Below are positions 40,764 to 51,142 of a stretch of 64,000 bases of DNA, piece after piece. The notes below the pieces were generated by a model. It was not told where the DNA came from and ran no database searches. It saw only the letters and a list, made by a program, of their open reading frames with translations. Position 1 is the stretch's first letter, and each line of letters starts with the position of its first letter. The position numbers and the translations under genes were made by a program. The stretch is from a virus: IMG/VR virus record IMGVR_UViG_3300045988_163768; one strand, given 5' to 3'.

Positions 40764-41723
40764 TTACAAAGAATTGATTTTTACTTTTAAAGTTAAAACT
40801 TTTCCTTGATCTTTTTCACTGTAAGCCAAAATAAATTCTCCACTTTTTCCAGTTACTACTTCTACAATAGCAGAATTATCTTTTATTTCTATAATTTTTG
40901 CTTTATTATTATTTATACTCCAAGTGCCTTCTTTAAAATCTCCTTTTAAAGAATATTCCTTTATATCATATGGATATACTTCAACATCTCCGGCTATATC
41001 AGATTCTGTTGTTGAATCTTCTTTTTTTTCTTTTTCTCTCTCTTCATAATAATCTTGAAGCGGATTCTCATAATATTCTTTTACAGTAACTTTAATAATA
41101 CCTTCCCCATAAAAGATATTCGTGTCTTGGACTTCCCAAGTTTGTCCTTCTATCTTCAATAACTTAAATCTATGAAAAAAATCTAAAGTTTCCTTATTCT
41201 TAGTAATATAAAAAACTAAGGTATTATTTAAGTCATTCCAAACTGTATTATTCTTTTTATTCCATTGAATAGTAGTTTCTACAGGGCCTCTAATATAAAT
41301 CCAATATTTCTTCCCGTTTAATTCAGCTTGAGCCTCGCACTTTCTAATCTCCGCTCTAAAATAAGCAACTTCTTCTAAAAAAGGTAAATAAATAATCCAT
41401 TTAGTATTAGTCTCTTTCCAAGAGATAATGTCTCCAGACTTTATCCCCAACTCCTCTTCTGCTTCAGAAGTTTTCCCTAGTCTACTTTTATTTAAACATA
41501 CATCTCTATAAGGTATAGAAAGTATTTTATTATCATAATCTGGATTTAATTTATTTGGGTTAATTAAGCACTTAAACTCTCGTCCATCTTCAAGAATCGC
41601 GGTTTGACCTTGATAAGAATACATAGCTTTTTTTAATGACCTGAGCTTATCATTAATAAGCCTTTGTTCCTTACTTCCGCCATAATAATTAAGTCTAGTT
41701 TTTAAATTATCTAATCCATTCAT
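40764..41723 (-). CDS. hypothetical structural protein
   Basis: 319-aa ORF. Confidence 0.3.
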   Translation of the reverse strand: MNGLDNLKTRLNYYGGSKEQRLINDKLRSLKKAMYSYQGQTAILEDGREFKCLINPNKLNPDYDNKILSIPYRDVCLNKSRLGKTSEAEEELGIKSGDIISWKETNTKWIIYLPFLEEVAYFRAEIRKCEAQAELNGKKYWIYIRGPVETTIQWNKKNNTVWNDLNNTLVFYITKNKETLDFFHRFKLLKIEGQTWEVQDTNIFYGEGIIKVTVKEYYENPLQDYYEEREKEKKEDSTTESDIAGDVEVYPYDIKEYSLKGDFKEGTWSINNNKAKIIEIKDNSAIVEVVTGKSGEFILAYSEKDQGKVLTLKVKINSL

Positions 41724-42025
41724 ATCTTTATATTATTTATCAATCCTAAACATTCAAAGATAGTTCTTCTATAAAGAAAAAAGTCTTTATCTTCTGATAG
41801 TAGGAATAGTCCTTCTAATTTACACAAGAGCGGAAACAGAACTTCATGCTGGTCAAATAACAATCTATCCATTCCCGCCAGCTCCTCAATAATAGTAGTT
41901 AATGGTTTTTGCCAATCTGATTTTTCTTCTCTACTTGGCAATAACTTATAGATTTGATTTGTAATTCTATTTAGATTTTTATCAATAGCGGATTTATCTA
42001 TTTCCGCACCATACTTAAGTATCAT
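41720..42025 (-). CDS. hypothetical connector protein
   Basis: 101-aa ORF with an ATGA overlap. Confidence 0.3.
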   Translation of the reverse strand: MILKYGAEIDKSAIDKNLNRITNQIYKLLPSREEKSDWQKPLTTIIEELAGMDRLLFDQHEVLFPLLCKLEGLFLLSEDKDFFLYRRTIFECLGLINNIKI

Positions 42026-42584
42026 GACGCTCCTCCTCTATTGGTTCCATAATAATATTGAAGGTTGAACGCACAATGCCTTTTTTATCAACTTTTCTTC
42101 TTTTATACAATCTCTGTAAATGAAATCCTTCTCTTTCATAATCTTTCTTAATTGCTAATAATTTATGCATATGATTTGCCTGAGAAGTAAATTTAAAATC
42201 TGAACCGCTATATTTAAGTCTAGTATTTTCAATCGAAGCTAACTGATATCCTATCCACTCTACAACCATGTAAACCGCAAGAATGTTAATTTCCTCTTGA
42301 GTTAAAAAACTATTAAAAAAACCACCTGAATAAATAAAAGCTTTAACTTCTATATTGTTACTTTCAACGCCTTTATAAGTAGATTCATCTACAAAAGAAT
42401 CTTCTTCATAGTCATAAAGATTAACTCGCGGAAATTCAAATTTATACATTGCGGAAAGCAAGAGATCTTGCAACATACGAAACGTCTCTAATTCAGTTAA
42501 TTCTAAGTACATATCGTCTGTTACCTTAGTTGATAAAAAACAATCATAAACTTTAGAAAAAGGAGTTTTATTAATATTATTCAT
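42015..42584 (-). CDS. hypothetical connector protein
   Basis: 189-aa ORF. Confidence 0.3.
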   Translation of the reverse strand: MNNINKTPFSKVYDCFLSTKVTDDMYLELTELETFRMLQDLLLSAMYKFEFPRVNLYDYEEDSFVDESTYKGVESNNIEVKAFIYSGGFFNSFLTQEEINILAVYMVVEWIGYQLASIENTRLKYSGSDFKFTSQANHMHKLLAIKKDYEREGFHLQRLYKRRKVDKKGIVRSTFNIIMEPIEEERHDT

Positions 42585-42603
42585 AATTGCCTCCCTTTAT
42601 GTT

Positions 42604-43236
42604 TTATTTTGTAACTGTTACTTTGTATTTTGGCGGAGCTGTTCTTCTTCCTGTCGCAGTTGAAGTTGAAGAAACTGGGGTAGTTCTTCTAGCTTTTTCT
42701 TTAGGAATTTCATTTTCATCTGTTTCTTTATTAATTTCAATAGCCTTATTTACATTAAAACCAGTCTTCTCAAAAATAGCTTCTCTCTTACTAATATCAT
42801 TAATTTTTAACTTAACTGCCAACTCTTTAACTAAATCAATAACACCAATAGGAGCAAAGTCTAAGCAATCCATAAGCTGATCTAATGAACCTGTTAAAAG
42901 TAATTTTTTAATATCTTCTTCTGAATAAAAATATTCTGGCTCGACTTCTGGAAGTAATTCTTCTAAAGCCTCTTTGTTTTTAATGATTAAACAGTCTTTT
43001 AAAATAACTATTCCGCCTGGTAAATAAGATAGCTTTCTCAACTCATCCATAGTAACTTCTTTTTCTTCTCTTGGCTGAAAATTACGATGTAAATTTCCTA
43101 AGTCAGGAATTGTATAACCAACAGTTCCATTATCTCTATTTATAACTTTGATTAAAGTATCTTTCTCTAACATATTTTCTCCTTTTATCTCTAAATATAT
43201 ATAAAAATATTGGGGAAGATATATTATCTTCCCCAT
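42604..43236 (-). CDS. hypothetical protein downstream of the capsid gene
   Basis: 210-aa ORF. Confidence 0.3.
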   Translation of the reverse strand: MGKIIYLPQYFYIYLEIKGENMLEKDTLIKVINRDNGTVGYTIPDLGNLHRNFQPREEKEVTMDELRKLSYLPGGIVILKDCLIIKNKEALEELLPEVEPEYFYSEEDIKKLLLTGSLDQLMDCLDFAPIGVIDLVKELAVKLKINDISKREAIFEKTGFNVNKAIEINKETDENEIPKEKARRTTPVSSTSTATGRRTAPPKYKVTVTK

Positions 43237-43242
43237 ATTAAA

Positions 43243-44271
43243 TTATTGAGTCAAACTAGTGTTTCTATATACGCAAATATTATTAGTGATAATTGCAGCA
43301 ACACCCATTTTCTTGTAAACCTGAATTTCTCTTGACATATCAGCATTTTCAATTTCTCTAACGATAGTCTGTCCTTCAAGAGCAACTTTTACAGGTTTAT
43401 CATTTCCGCCAGTAGGAATAATCCATGCATAAGATGGGTCGATAACTTTTTTACTATTAGTTTCATCTTCATAAGACTGAGGTAAAACAATTACTCTATG
43501 TCCTTTATAGCTTGCTAAATAACCGTTATTCCATTTTTGGTCTTTCATAGCGTCTGAAATCCAACCCTCAGCAGGTACCATAGTAGCCGCGAATTCATAT
43601 GTACAATAAATGGTAGCTTGTCCATAAGAGTCTGCTACAGCTAATAATTTATCCATTTCAGCTTCTACAAAAGAGCCTTGAGTAGTCTTGTTATTAGCTT
43701 GTAAATTAGTTACGGCACCTTTCAAAGCTCTTTCAATTTCAAGATAAAGGCTTTCATCCAAACCTTCCATAATAATATCAAGAACATCCGCGAAATCTAT
43801 ACGTTTATCTAAGAATTCTTCAAATCCAATTTGAGCAGCTCCACCAAAAGCACTTGTAGGAACTTCATAAGATTTACCATCCAGTTTGAATACTTCATAA
43901 ATACCTGCTAATCCAACTTTTGTAATAAATTGCTTTGCACGTCTCTTTGAAGCAACTGTAATTCTCTGAGTAAATACAGGTTTGTCTCCCTGACTAAATG
44001 TTTTAATTTCAGCGAATTGACCATATTGCTCTAATACTTTTTTTGGAAGAACATCATCAATAGTCTCTTCCATAAGAGCAAAAATTGTATTCTTATTTTC
44101 GCGATAAAGTGCGTATGTTCCCGCGATTTCTCTTAATTCGTTTCTTAATGTATCGTTTAAATCTGCATAGCTAAATTTTTCATTACCGAAAGAATAAGCA
44201 ACCTGAGAAGAAGGATTAGCTTTTGCTACGGTTTTAGCTAATGTAAATAAATCTTTTCTACTTAAAGCCAT
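43243..44271 (-). CDS. major capsid protein
   Basis: 342 aa. The call rests on position (after the scaffold gene) and size. AGGAGG Shine-Dalgarno. Confidence 0.5.
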   Translation of the reverse strand: MALSRKDLFTLAKTVAKANPSSQVAYSFGNEKFSYADLNDTLRNELREIAGTYALYRENKNTIFALMEETIDDVLPKKVLEQYGQFAEIKTFSQGDKPVFTQRITVASKRRAKQFITKVGLAGIYEVFKLDGKSYEVPTSAFGGAAQIGFEEFLDKRIDFADVLDIIMEGLDESLYLEIERALKGAVTNLQANNKTTQGSFVEAEMDKLLAVADSYGQATIYCTYEFAATMVPAEGWISDAMKDQKWNNGYLASYKGHRVIVLPQSYEDETNSKKVIDPSYAWIIPTGGNDKPVKVALEGQTIVREIENADMSREIQVYKKMGVAAIITNNICVYRNTSLTQ

Positions 44272-44286
44272 CTCTTATAATCCTCC

Positions 44287-44868
44287 TTATTTAACTCTCA
44301 TTACCTTAACAGCTGGTTGTCCATCTGCCATAGTATAAATTTTTACTACTTGCCATAGCATGCTTTCTGTTGAAGCTTCTGCTGTTTCATCTTTTACTAA
44401 GAAGCCTGTTGTGTCAACTTTTAAAAAGTCTCCTACTTCAAGAGCAATACCAGCATACTCTGCTTTTCCGCTTGTATTTGCAGCACCAACAGCATTAGTA
44501 GTATAAATATCTCCAACATTTGTTTTAATTACACGCGGAACCATCTGACCTTTAAACGGACCTAAGCCATCGTGAGTAATATCATCGCTTCCCGCAGTAT
44601 AATTATCTTTAATCATAGCAAAGTCTTTATAAGACTCTCTCCACTTATCATCGTATAATTTTACTTCGTTGAACACCATCATCCATTCACCTTTGCCAGT
44701 AAAATTAACTTCTCCATTAGCATAGTCATATTTTACATACTGACCATTTTCAAGAATACTAATATCAGATTTTGCTGGTAATTGTGCGTAAATCTGAGAA
44801 GTTCTTTGAGCTGACAAATGATTAGGTTCAACTTGACCAAAACCAACTCTTTTAATTGTTGTAGCCAT
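44287..44868 (-). CDS. hypothetical head protein (decoration?)
   Basis: 193-aa ORF between the scaffold and capsid genes. Confidence 0.3.
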   Translation of the reverse strand: MATTIKRVGFGQVEPNHLSAQRTSQIYAQLPAKSDISILENGQYVKYDYANGEVNFTGKGEWMMVFNEVKLYDDKWRESYKDFAMIKDNYTAGSDDITHDGLGPFKGQMVPRVIKTNVGDIYTTNAVGAANTSGKAEYAGIALEVGDFLKVDTTGFLVKDETAEASTESMLWQVVKIYTMADGQPAVKVMRVK

Positions 44869-44881
44869 CTATATATCCTCC

Positions 44882-46312
44882 TTAATCATTTCTACTGTTT
44901 CGAGTATTTTTTAAAGCATTTATCCACGCTGGGATAGAGCTATCCTGTTCTTCTAGGCTAAAAGTTGTAACAGGATTATCTTTTTCATTTTTTGAGGTAT
45001 TTTCTAAATCAAAATTAACTTTCTTTCTAACACAAATTACAGATAACTTTGCTTCAATATCATCTAAAGAATATTTAGCTTTATTTGTAACTACATCTTT
45101 CTTATCCTCATCTGAAAGCATATAAAAACTGTTAATTAAAGCATCTTTTTTCTCATTTTCAATTTGATTTTTAAAAGCTACTAATGATTGAAAATCCTCT
45201 TCTAATGCAGAGTATTTACTTTGTAAATTTTGATATTGAGCTTCTAATAAAGTATATTTATCATTCTTCTTCTTTTCTTCTTCATCATCATCATCAGAAG
45301 ATGCTTTATTATCGTCTTTTTTATCTTCCTTTGAAGTAGAATCTTCTGTATTAGTTTTTTCTTCTTTAACAGTTTTATCCTCTTCTTTTTTTACAAAGTT
45401 TTTCTTCTTATCTTCATCATTTTCTTCTGTCTTTGTGGTTTCATCATTTTTAGGCTGATCTTTTTTAGCTTCCTCTTTTTCTTTTTTATCTTTATCAGAA
45501 GCTACAAAATCAGTTTGATTTAATCCCTCTGTAGAATTTTGATTTTCTGCGGAAAAGTTTTGTTCTTTTTTGTCCTTTTCATCAGAAACTTTTTTATTAT
45601 CTTTTTCTAAAGCCATTTGTCCTCCTTCTAATGCATCCTTTAATTCATGCATCATAGTATATAAAGTTTTTTTAAAATTATCATCTACTTTAGTGAACGA
45701 TGTACTTACATATGGAGCTGTTATGTTCGAACCCTCAAAACAAGGTTCAACTTTGTCTCCTAAAATGCATAATTTTGAAAATATTGCGTCATTTATAATA
45801 AAAAAGTCTATACCTGTTTTATAATTTTTTGACCATTCTCCTTTTAAAGAATCTTCATCTAATTCCATAGAATGTGGTTTTCCATGCTCAACAACAGCTT
45901 GAGCCTCTTCAAACTGCCCTGTCCACAAAAACCCAGTAGTCATTAAATATTCTCTAATAATAGAATTTCCAAAATCGTCTGTATCCTCAAATTTTTGAAA
46001 CCAAATTTTAGCATTAGGAGCTACAAATCCATAAGGCTTTGTAAGACAATTAAAATGTATTCCATTTTCATCAATTACCACTTGATCCCCATGATCGCCA
46101 AAATCTTTTACATCTTGTTTAAAATAACCTACAATAGGACATCCAGGTAATGAATTAGCCATCTCTGTAGCTACTTCTTTACTTATATAGCTATGATTTC
46201 TATTTTCTCCCAAATACAAAACTTTAATTTCACATTCTGAAATTAAAGGATTATATGGGGAAACGTTTATAAATTCTGGACTATCTATTGTAGCTATACT
46301 CATTCTTGACAT
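44882..46312 (-). CDS. scaffolding protein
   Basis: 476 aa. Globular N-terminus, then a long Lys/Glu/Asp low-complexity region, then a C-terminal coiled coil. Confidence 0.45.
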   Translation of the reverse strand: MSRMSIATIDSPEFINVSPYNPLISECEIKVLYLGENRNHSYISKEVATEMANSLPGCPIVGYFKQDVKDFGDHGDQVVIDENGIHFNCLTKPYGFVAPNAKIWFQKFEDTDDFGNSIIREYLMTTGFLWTGQFEEAQAVVEHGKPHSMELDEDSLKGEWSKNYKTGIDFFIINDAIFSKLCILGDKVEPCFEGSNITAPYVSTSFTKVDDNFKKTLYTMMHELKDALEGGQMALEKDNKKVSDEKDKKEQNFSAENQNSTEGLNQTDFVASDKDKKEKEEAKKDQPKNDETTKTEENDEDKKKNFVKKEEDKTVKEEKTNTEDSTSKEDKKDDNKASSDDDDEEEKKKNDKYTLLEAQYQNLQSKYSALEEDFQSLVAFKNQIENEKKDALINSFYMLSDEDKKDVVTNKAKYSLDDIEAKLSVICVRKKVNFDLENTSKNEKDNPVTTFSLEEQDSSIPAWINALKNTRNSRND

Positions 46313-46331
46313 TTAGCTACCTCCAATTTAA

Positions 46332-47924
46332 TCAACCTTGAGATTCTATATTTTTCATAGTTTTTTCACTTTTCTCATCATCAGCTTTTTCTTTTCTGCC
46401 CGCTTTCTTTTCTTCTCCATCTTCCGCGGGTTTTGCTTGGTTTAATGCCTCTACATTCATAGTGCTAGACATTAAAGGCGGAATAAATAGATTTACTAAA
46501 TCTAAAACATCATTTTCAAAATAAGCATTAGCTAAAATTGAACTTTGAGATTGACCTAGAGCTATTTGCGGTAACATCTTAGAATAACCTAATTGAGTCT
46601 GTTCTTTATATAATTTAGCCATCTCTTTATAATTATAAATTGTTGTAGTTAAAATCTGTGCTTTATAGTATACTTTTTTTGGATTCTTATTAAAAGGCTT
46701 TAATAATGTATTTAAAAACCCTTCAAATTGAATTAATAAATTATACATGGAAGCTTCGTCATTCAAAATAGATTTTTCTAAGGCAATATTTCCATCTGTA
46801 TTAAATTGCATCTGAGAGACTCCAGCTTCGTTATAAACTGCACGCTCAACCTTTTCCAATTCATCAACAGTAGTAGTGGAACTCTTATCAGCCATATCCG
46901 CAACTTCGACATCAGCAAAAGTAGTTAAAACATCTATTCCAATCGCCTTTCCTAACATTTTCACAGCGTTATTATGTAACTGTTGAGCTTCTTCTACATC
47001 AAAAACCAAATCTCCATTTTTATCAACAGGCATTTTCTGAATGATAATTTTTAATAGTTTTTGTTGCATTTTTTTTCTATCTAGCTCTTGTGCGGCGTCT
47101 AGATCTATAATTGCAGGAATGACTGAAATGAAAGCTGGAAAATCATCTCCATTCAAGTTAAATTTTATTACGTTATCAATGTTTAATAGATACCACCCAG
47201 ATGTATCTCCAGCAAAATCAGCTTTTAATTTTCCTTCTTTGTAAAGAATATAAGCTTTCTTAAATTCCGCAGGAAACAGATTTAGCATTTTCATCTTTTG
47301 AGTTGTATCTCTAAATGCTTCATCAAAAAATCTCATATTAAACTCTACCGCAGGACGTCCATTAACACTAAATCTTGAACGGCAATATTTGGGCGGCAAT
47401 TCTTGTATTACCATTCGATCTTTTTGGGGGATCAAATATCCATAATAACAGCCATTCTTAATAACTTTTAATGCAACTTCCCCAAAAAAACGTTTAGCCT
47501 CAAAGTTATCTAAATACATTAAAGCTTTATTAAATCCATCTAATACTTTTTCTGGCTTTAAATTATCTGAATTAATATAAGGAGTAATTAACCAATCATA
47601 TCTATATAAATATGCCATATATCTACAAAGTCTATTATAAATACCACTAGTTTTATAAAAGAAATTAGATATATCTCTCATAGTTTCATAGTCTCCATTA
47701 TTAATAGCTCGTAAAACTTCTTTTTTATCAGCTAACCTAGGATTAATTTTTTTTAGCTCTCCTAAGTTTACAATAGCATCATCTAAAGTTTTTATTCCAA
47801 CTTTGATTTTAGAAAAGTCTACTGCATTAAAAGATTGAGTATATATATCTTCTGCGGAGTCATTAATACTCATTTGGAACCCCTTCTTCTTTATTTCTGC
47901 TACTCTATTTATCAAGATATACAC
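46332..47924 (-). CDS. portal protein
   Basis: 530 aa; located between the terminase and scaffold genes. Confidence 0.55.
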   Translation of the reverse strand: MYILINRVAEIKKKGFQMSINDSAEDIYTQSFNAVDFSKIKVGIKTLDDAIVNLGELKKINPRLADKKEVLRAINNGDYETMRDISNFFYKTSGIYNRLCRYMAYLYRYDWLITPYINSDNLKPEKVLDGFNKALMYLDNFEAKRFFGEVALKVIKNGCYYGYLIPQKDRMVIQELPPKYCRSRFSVNGRPAVEFNMRFFDEAFRDTTQKMKMLNLFPAEFKKAYILYKEGKLKADFAGDTSGWYLLNIDNVIKFNLNGDDFPAFISVIPAIIDLDAAQELDRKKMQQKLLKIIIQKMPVDKNGDLVFDVEEAQQLHNNAVKMLGKAIGIDVLTTFADVEVADMADKSSTTTVDELEKVERAVYNEAGVSQMQFNTDGNIALEKSILNDEASMYNLLIQFEGFLNTLLKPFNKNPKKVYYKAQILTTTIYNYKEMAKLYKEQTQLGYSKMLPQIALGQSQSSILANAYFENDVLDLVNLFIPPLMSSTMNVEALNQAKPAEDGEEKKAGRKEKADDEKSEKTMKNIESQG

Positions 47925-47989
47925 CTTAACCTTTCTAAGTATAGTATAACATAAAATACAATTTTATCTAATTTATTAAAATAAAAATT

Positions 47990-48346
47990 TTAATATCCCG
48001 CGGCAGTCATAATATAATCATAATCAAGTCTACCTTCATCCCAATAAGGAATGATTACAAGAGGAATATTGTGCTTAGCACAATATTCTCTCTTCTTCAT
48101 ATCATTATATTGCTGCTTCCGCAATCCAGAGATTCCGCCAAATTTACTCTTTGGCTCATAATGTTGGATTCCCTGAAACTCTATTAAAAAATCTAATTCG
48201 TTATTATCGTCTAAAATCGCAAAATCAAATCTGAGGGGTCGACCACTAGAACTTACAAGGTCAGAGAAAATATACTCTTCTTTAAAATTCAAACCTGACT
48301 CTTGAAGAATTTCTTCAATTTTTATTTCACCTCTACTTGCTCGCAT
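47990..48346 (-). CDS. DUF559 / Vsr-like PD-(D/E)xK endonuclease-domain protein (free-standing)
   Basis: 118 aa. LRFDFAIL...FLIEFQGIQHY...D..KR.YC..HNIPLVIIP matches the R(F/Y)DF...IE.DG..H...D..R...L...G..v.R pattern of DUF559. Confidence 0.45.
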   Translation of the reverse strand: MRASRGEIKIEEILQESGLNFKEEYIFSDLVSSSGRPLRFDFAILDDNNELDFLIEFQGIQHYEPKSKFGGISGLRKQQYNDMKKREYCAKHNIPLVIIPYWDEGRLDYDYIMTAAGY

Positions 48347-48419
48347 AGCAACTCTCCCTTCTTTTTCATAGTACTTTAAAAATATTTCTTCTTTTTTATA
48401 AACATTTGTCCATTTTGTT

Positions 48420-49829
48420 TTAGCTAAAGAACATAAAATCTGATATATTTCTACTTCGTTTCTTTTTCTTATGGTCTTCTTCCTGCTTTATATAATATAA
48501 TCCATATATAAAAGCAGAAAATTTATCTTTCTTTATACCTCTTGAAGATTGTTTTAAAATAATATTAACTCCTTCATTTTCTTCAACTAGATTTAGCATT
48601 TGTTCTCTTAAAATTGTTGTTAAAACAAAAGGTTTTAGATATTCGTTTCTTTTATCCGCATCCATATTCTGACCAACTTTTGATGACATTAGTTTAGCTT
48701 TAGCTTCAGACTCATCTTTCAAAAATTTAATTTTTCCGCTAGACATTTGAGTCTGAGTGTATGAATAGGCTTCAGTGTTAATTGGTGCGTTTGCTTTAAT
48801 TAAATATAAAGCATTATCTTCCACATCTCCGCCTTTAATTTTTCTGTAAGGAGCAATAGCATCCTCTGATGTTCCTCCCTCAACTCCAAATGGCGGAAGA
48901 GTATCTCCTGTTTCTGGGTCAATCTGCGCCCTTGTCATGAAGTCGATGAGCCCGATACCCAAGCCATTCGCATCAATAGAGATAATTTTAGCTTTATATT
49001 TATAAAATAATTTTTTTAAATTAATTGCTTGAGTCTCAAAATGTTCTGCTTCATAAGTATAGATATTAACCAAACTTTTTAAAGCCGTTCCTTGCGGTTG
49101 AGGGGTAACTTTGAATATGCAAGCTTCAGTTGTGCAGCCTATACGTCCGACGTCTACCCCTATAACATAATAAGCTGATTTACTACTTCTTCCGCTATAT
49201 TCGTATTCTGGTTGGGATAACACTCTATACCTATCAAACTTTTCAGAAGAATAAAATGCATTTTCTGCATCTCCGCTCCATTTAGAACGATATTCCCTAT
49301 CAAAAGAATCTTCTTTAAATGTACCTTGTAATTTGAGCTGATCTACAAAATCTTCATCTAAAAGCCCTTCCGCAACAGGCGTTTCATACGTTCCACCCAT
49401 AACCATAACTTTATCAGGCTCAATCATAGACTGAACCAAAAGTTCCGTCAGTTTGTCATACGCGAATGAATTCTTCCACCCAGCTGTTGTAATATATATT
49501 TGACTCTTGTTAATTATTTCTTCTTTATGTCTAGTTCCATCTGGTAATAATCTATCAACGTTTGTTGTAGGAATTATTATTTCATTTAATATATCTCCAT
49601 CTATAAGAACACATTCTTCCATTAAACCACCCGTTCTACGCTGGCCTCTAGAAGATTGTTTAGCGGCTAATATATCAATAGAAGAACCATTTTTAAAGAT
49701 ATAATTAACATCATCTTTTGATTTTTTAGAAGCTCCCCTTGACCAATCTAGCTCATTATTAAGTGCGGGGATAAGCTTACATATTTCTTCAATTTTCGCT
49801 ATGGTGATACTGGCAGCCTGCTCTTTCAG
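48420..49829 (-). CDS. terL: terminase large subunit, exon 2 (nuclease domain)
   Basis: The ORF-track Met is at 49622, but the open frame continues upstream to about 49829 (LKEQAAS...RGQRRTGGLMEECVLIDGD...). The upper boundary is the approximate 3' splice site. Confidence 0.55.
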   Translation of the reverse strand: MKEQAASITIAKIEEICKLIPALNNELDWSRGASKKSKDDVNYIFKNGSSIDILAAKQSSRGQRRTGGLMEECVLIDGDILNEIIIPTTNVDRLLPDGTRHKEEIINKSQIYITTAGWKNSFAYDKLTELLVQSMIEPDKVMVMGGTYETPVAEGLLDEDFVDQLKLQGTFKEDSFDREYRSKWSGDAENAFYSSEKFDRYRVLSQPEYEYSGRSSKSAYYVIGVDVGRIGCTTEACIFKVTPQPQGTALKSLVNIYTYEAEHFETQAINLKKLFYKYKAKIISIDANGLGIGLIDFMTRAQIDPETGDTLPPFGVEGGTSEDAIAPYRKIKGGDVEDNALYLIKANAPINTEAYSYTQTQMSSGKIKFLKDESEAKAKLMSSKVGQNMDADKRNEYLKPFVLTTILREQMLNLVEENEGVNIILKQSSRGIKKDKFSAFIYGLYYIKQEEDHKKKKRSRNISDFMFFS

Positions 49830-50800
49830 TTATATTATCCTAAAGGCTTTTTATCCTTTAGTTCTTATACTTCTTTTTCGTATAAGCTTAGCATATCTTT
49901 TCACCCTCGTTTTACGTTAGGTTTGACTATTGGTGAGATAGTCTCAAGCATTCCTATATAATGCTGTGTTGCGGACTCGTGGATGGATTATATCTTTTCA
50001 CCATCTATGCGTTGCCCCTGACTATAGTTCCTATAGCCTTCGGTTCGGATTAGCATCTCAGCCTCCCCGCTTAATTCCGCAATAATCATATATTAAATTT
50101 CTTTAATATACGGCAAAAATTTTTTATTTTATTTTATGATACTTACTTCCATTTTGGATAAAATCTAAATAACTAGCATATTTTCTTTCCAAATAAATAC
50201 TTGAATCTTTATAAATCCAATTTAAAAAATTTAAAACATCTTCATAAGCTCCAAAAACATATCTTTTAGCTCCATTTTCTCTATGAACATCGAAAATTTT
50301 ATTTTCTTTATTTATATTTTCAATAGATTTCAAAAAACCTTTTATAAAATTTTCAGTTCCGATTATACCTATTTGAAAACAACTTTCTGTATTTGTAAAC
50401 CATCCATCGCCATCAAAATACCCTCTTATAAAATGTCTAATTAAATGTTTTGGTACTTGTTTTTCATTTGGAAAATCAAGAATTAATGATTTTTTAGGAA
50501 CGCACCCTTTATCTATTAAATCCTGTTTACATTGAGCATTCCTAAAACTCATTCTATAAGATTTTGTTCTTTCTCTATAGCTAATTTTATTAGTTATATT
50601 CATAAAATCTCTAAATTTTTCTATATGTTTTAAATCTTTTTTTGCTAGTCCTAGTTCTATTTTATCTTCTTTAGAACCAACACTTCCATCCGCATATAAA
50701 AAGCCTAACCAATAAGCTTTTTCTTCAGTATCAATTTTATTAAAATTAGTTAGGACGTTTTTTGCACTCATTTTTAATGCTCCTCCTTTACTTATAATTA
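49830..50800 (-). mobile_element. group I intron interrupting terL, carrying a LAGLIDADG homing endonuclease ORF
   Basis: A terL N-terminal piece and a C-terminal piece are separated by about 1 kb. That gap holds a double-LAGLIDADG ORF plus about 320 nt of structured, GC-richer non-coding sequence (49830-50123). Boundaries are approximate. Confidence 0.6.
50124..50771 (-). CDS. LAGLIDADG homing endonuclease (double motif)
   Basis: WLGFLYADGSV and RGYFDGDGWF are two LAGLIDADG motifs; 215 aa. Confidence 0.8.
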   Translation of the reverse strand: MSAKNVLTNFNKIDTEEKAYWLGFLYADGSVGSKEDKIELGLAKKDLKHIEKFRDFMNITNKISYRERTKSYRMSFRNAQCKQDLIDKGCVPKKSLILDFPNEKQVPKHLIRHFIRGYFDGDGWFTNTESCFQIGIIGTENFIKGFLKSIENINKENKIFDVHRENGAKRYVFGAYEDVLNFLNWIYKDSSIYLERKYASYLDFIQNGSKYHKIK

Positions 50801-51142
50801 TATTTTACCACCAGTAGTAACAAACAAATGTGAATTAGGATAGAGAATACACCTTAACATAAGAATCATCATAGATAAGAATGATTTACTATACGCACGT
50901 GGAAAAGTAGCATACACATACCTATGCCGCATCGTAATCCTTAAAAATATTCTCTGATAAAAAAAGAATTTAAAAGTACTCTCAGGACCTTTCATAAAGT
51001 CTACCAAAAGGTCTGGATATTCTCTATAATAAGCGATTAGATTTCTTAAATGAGGAAGTTGAGCTTTTAGTCTTTCTTCTGACATGCCCTGTTTCTTAAG
51101 GGTTCTAGATTCAGATAAATCTAATAGACCTTTTAAACTCAT
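50798..51142 (-). CDS. terL: terminase large subunit, exon 1 (N-terminal ATPase part with Walker A)
   Basis: FKFFFYQRIFL...ATFPRAYSKSFLSMMILML matches the terminase Walker-A variant (PRG.GKS). This ORF's stop lies inside the intron. Confidence 0.5.
   Translation of the reverse strand: MSLKGLLDLSESRTLKKQGMSEERLKAQLPHLRNLIAYYREYPDLLVDFMKGPESTFKFFFYQRIFLRITMRHRYVYATFPRAYSKSFLSMMILMLRCILYPNSHLFVTTGGKI

Noticed and set aside
44882-46312. Prohead protease fused to the scaffold
   Set aside because: The N-terminal domain has no recognisable Ser/His catalytic motifs, so I called it scaffold only.
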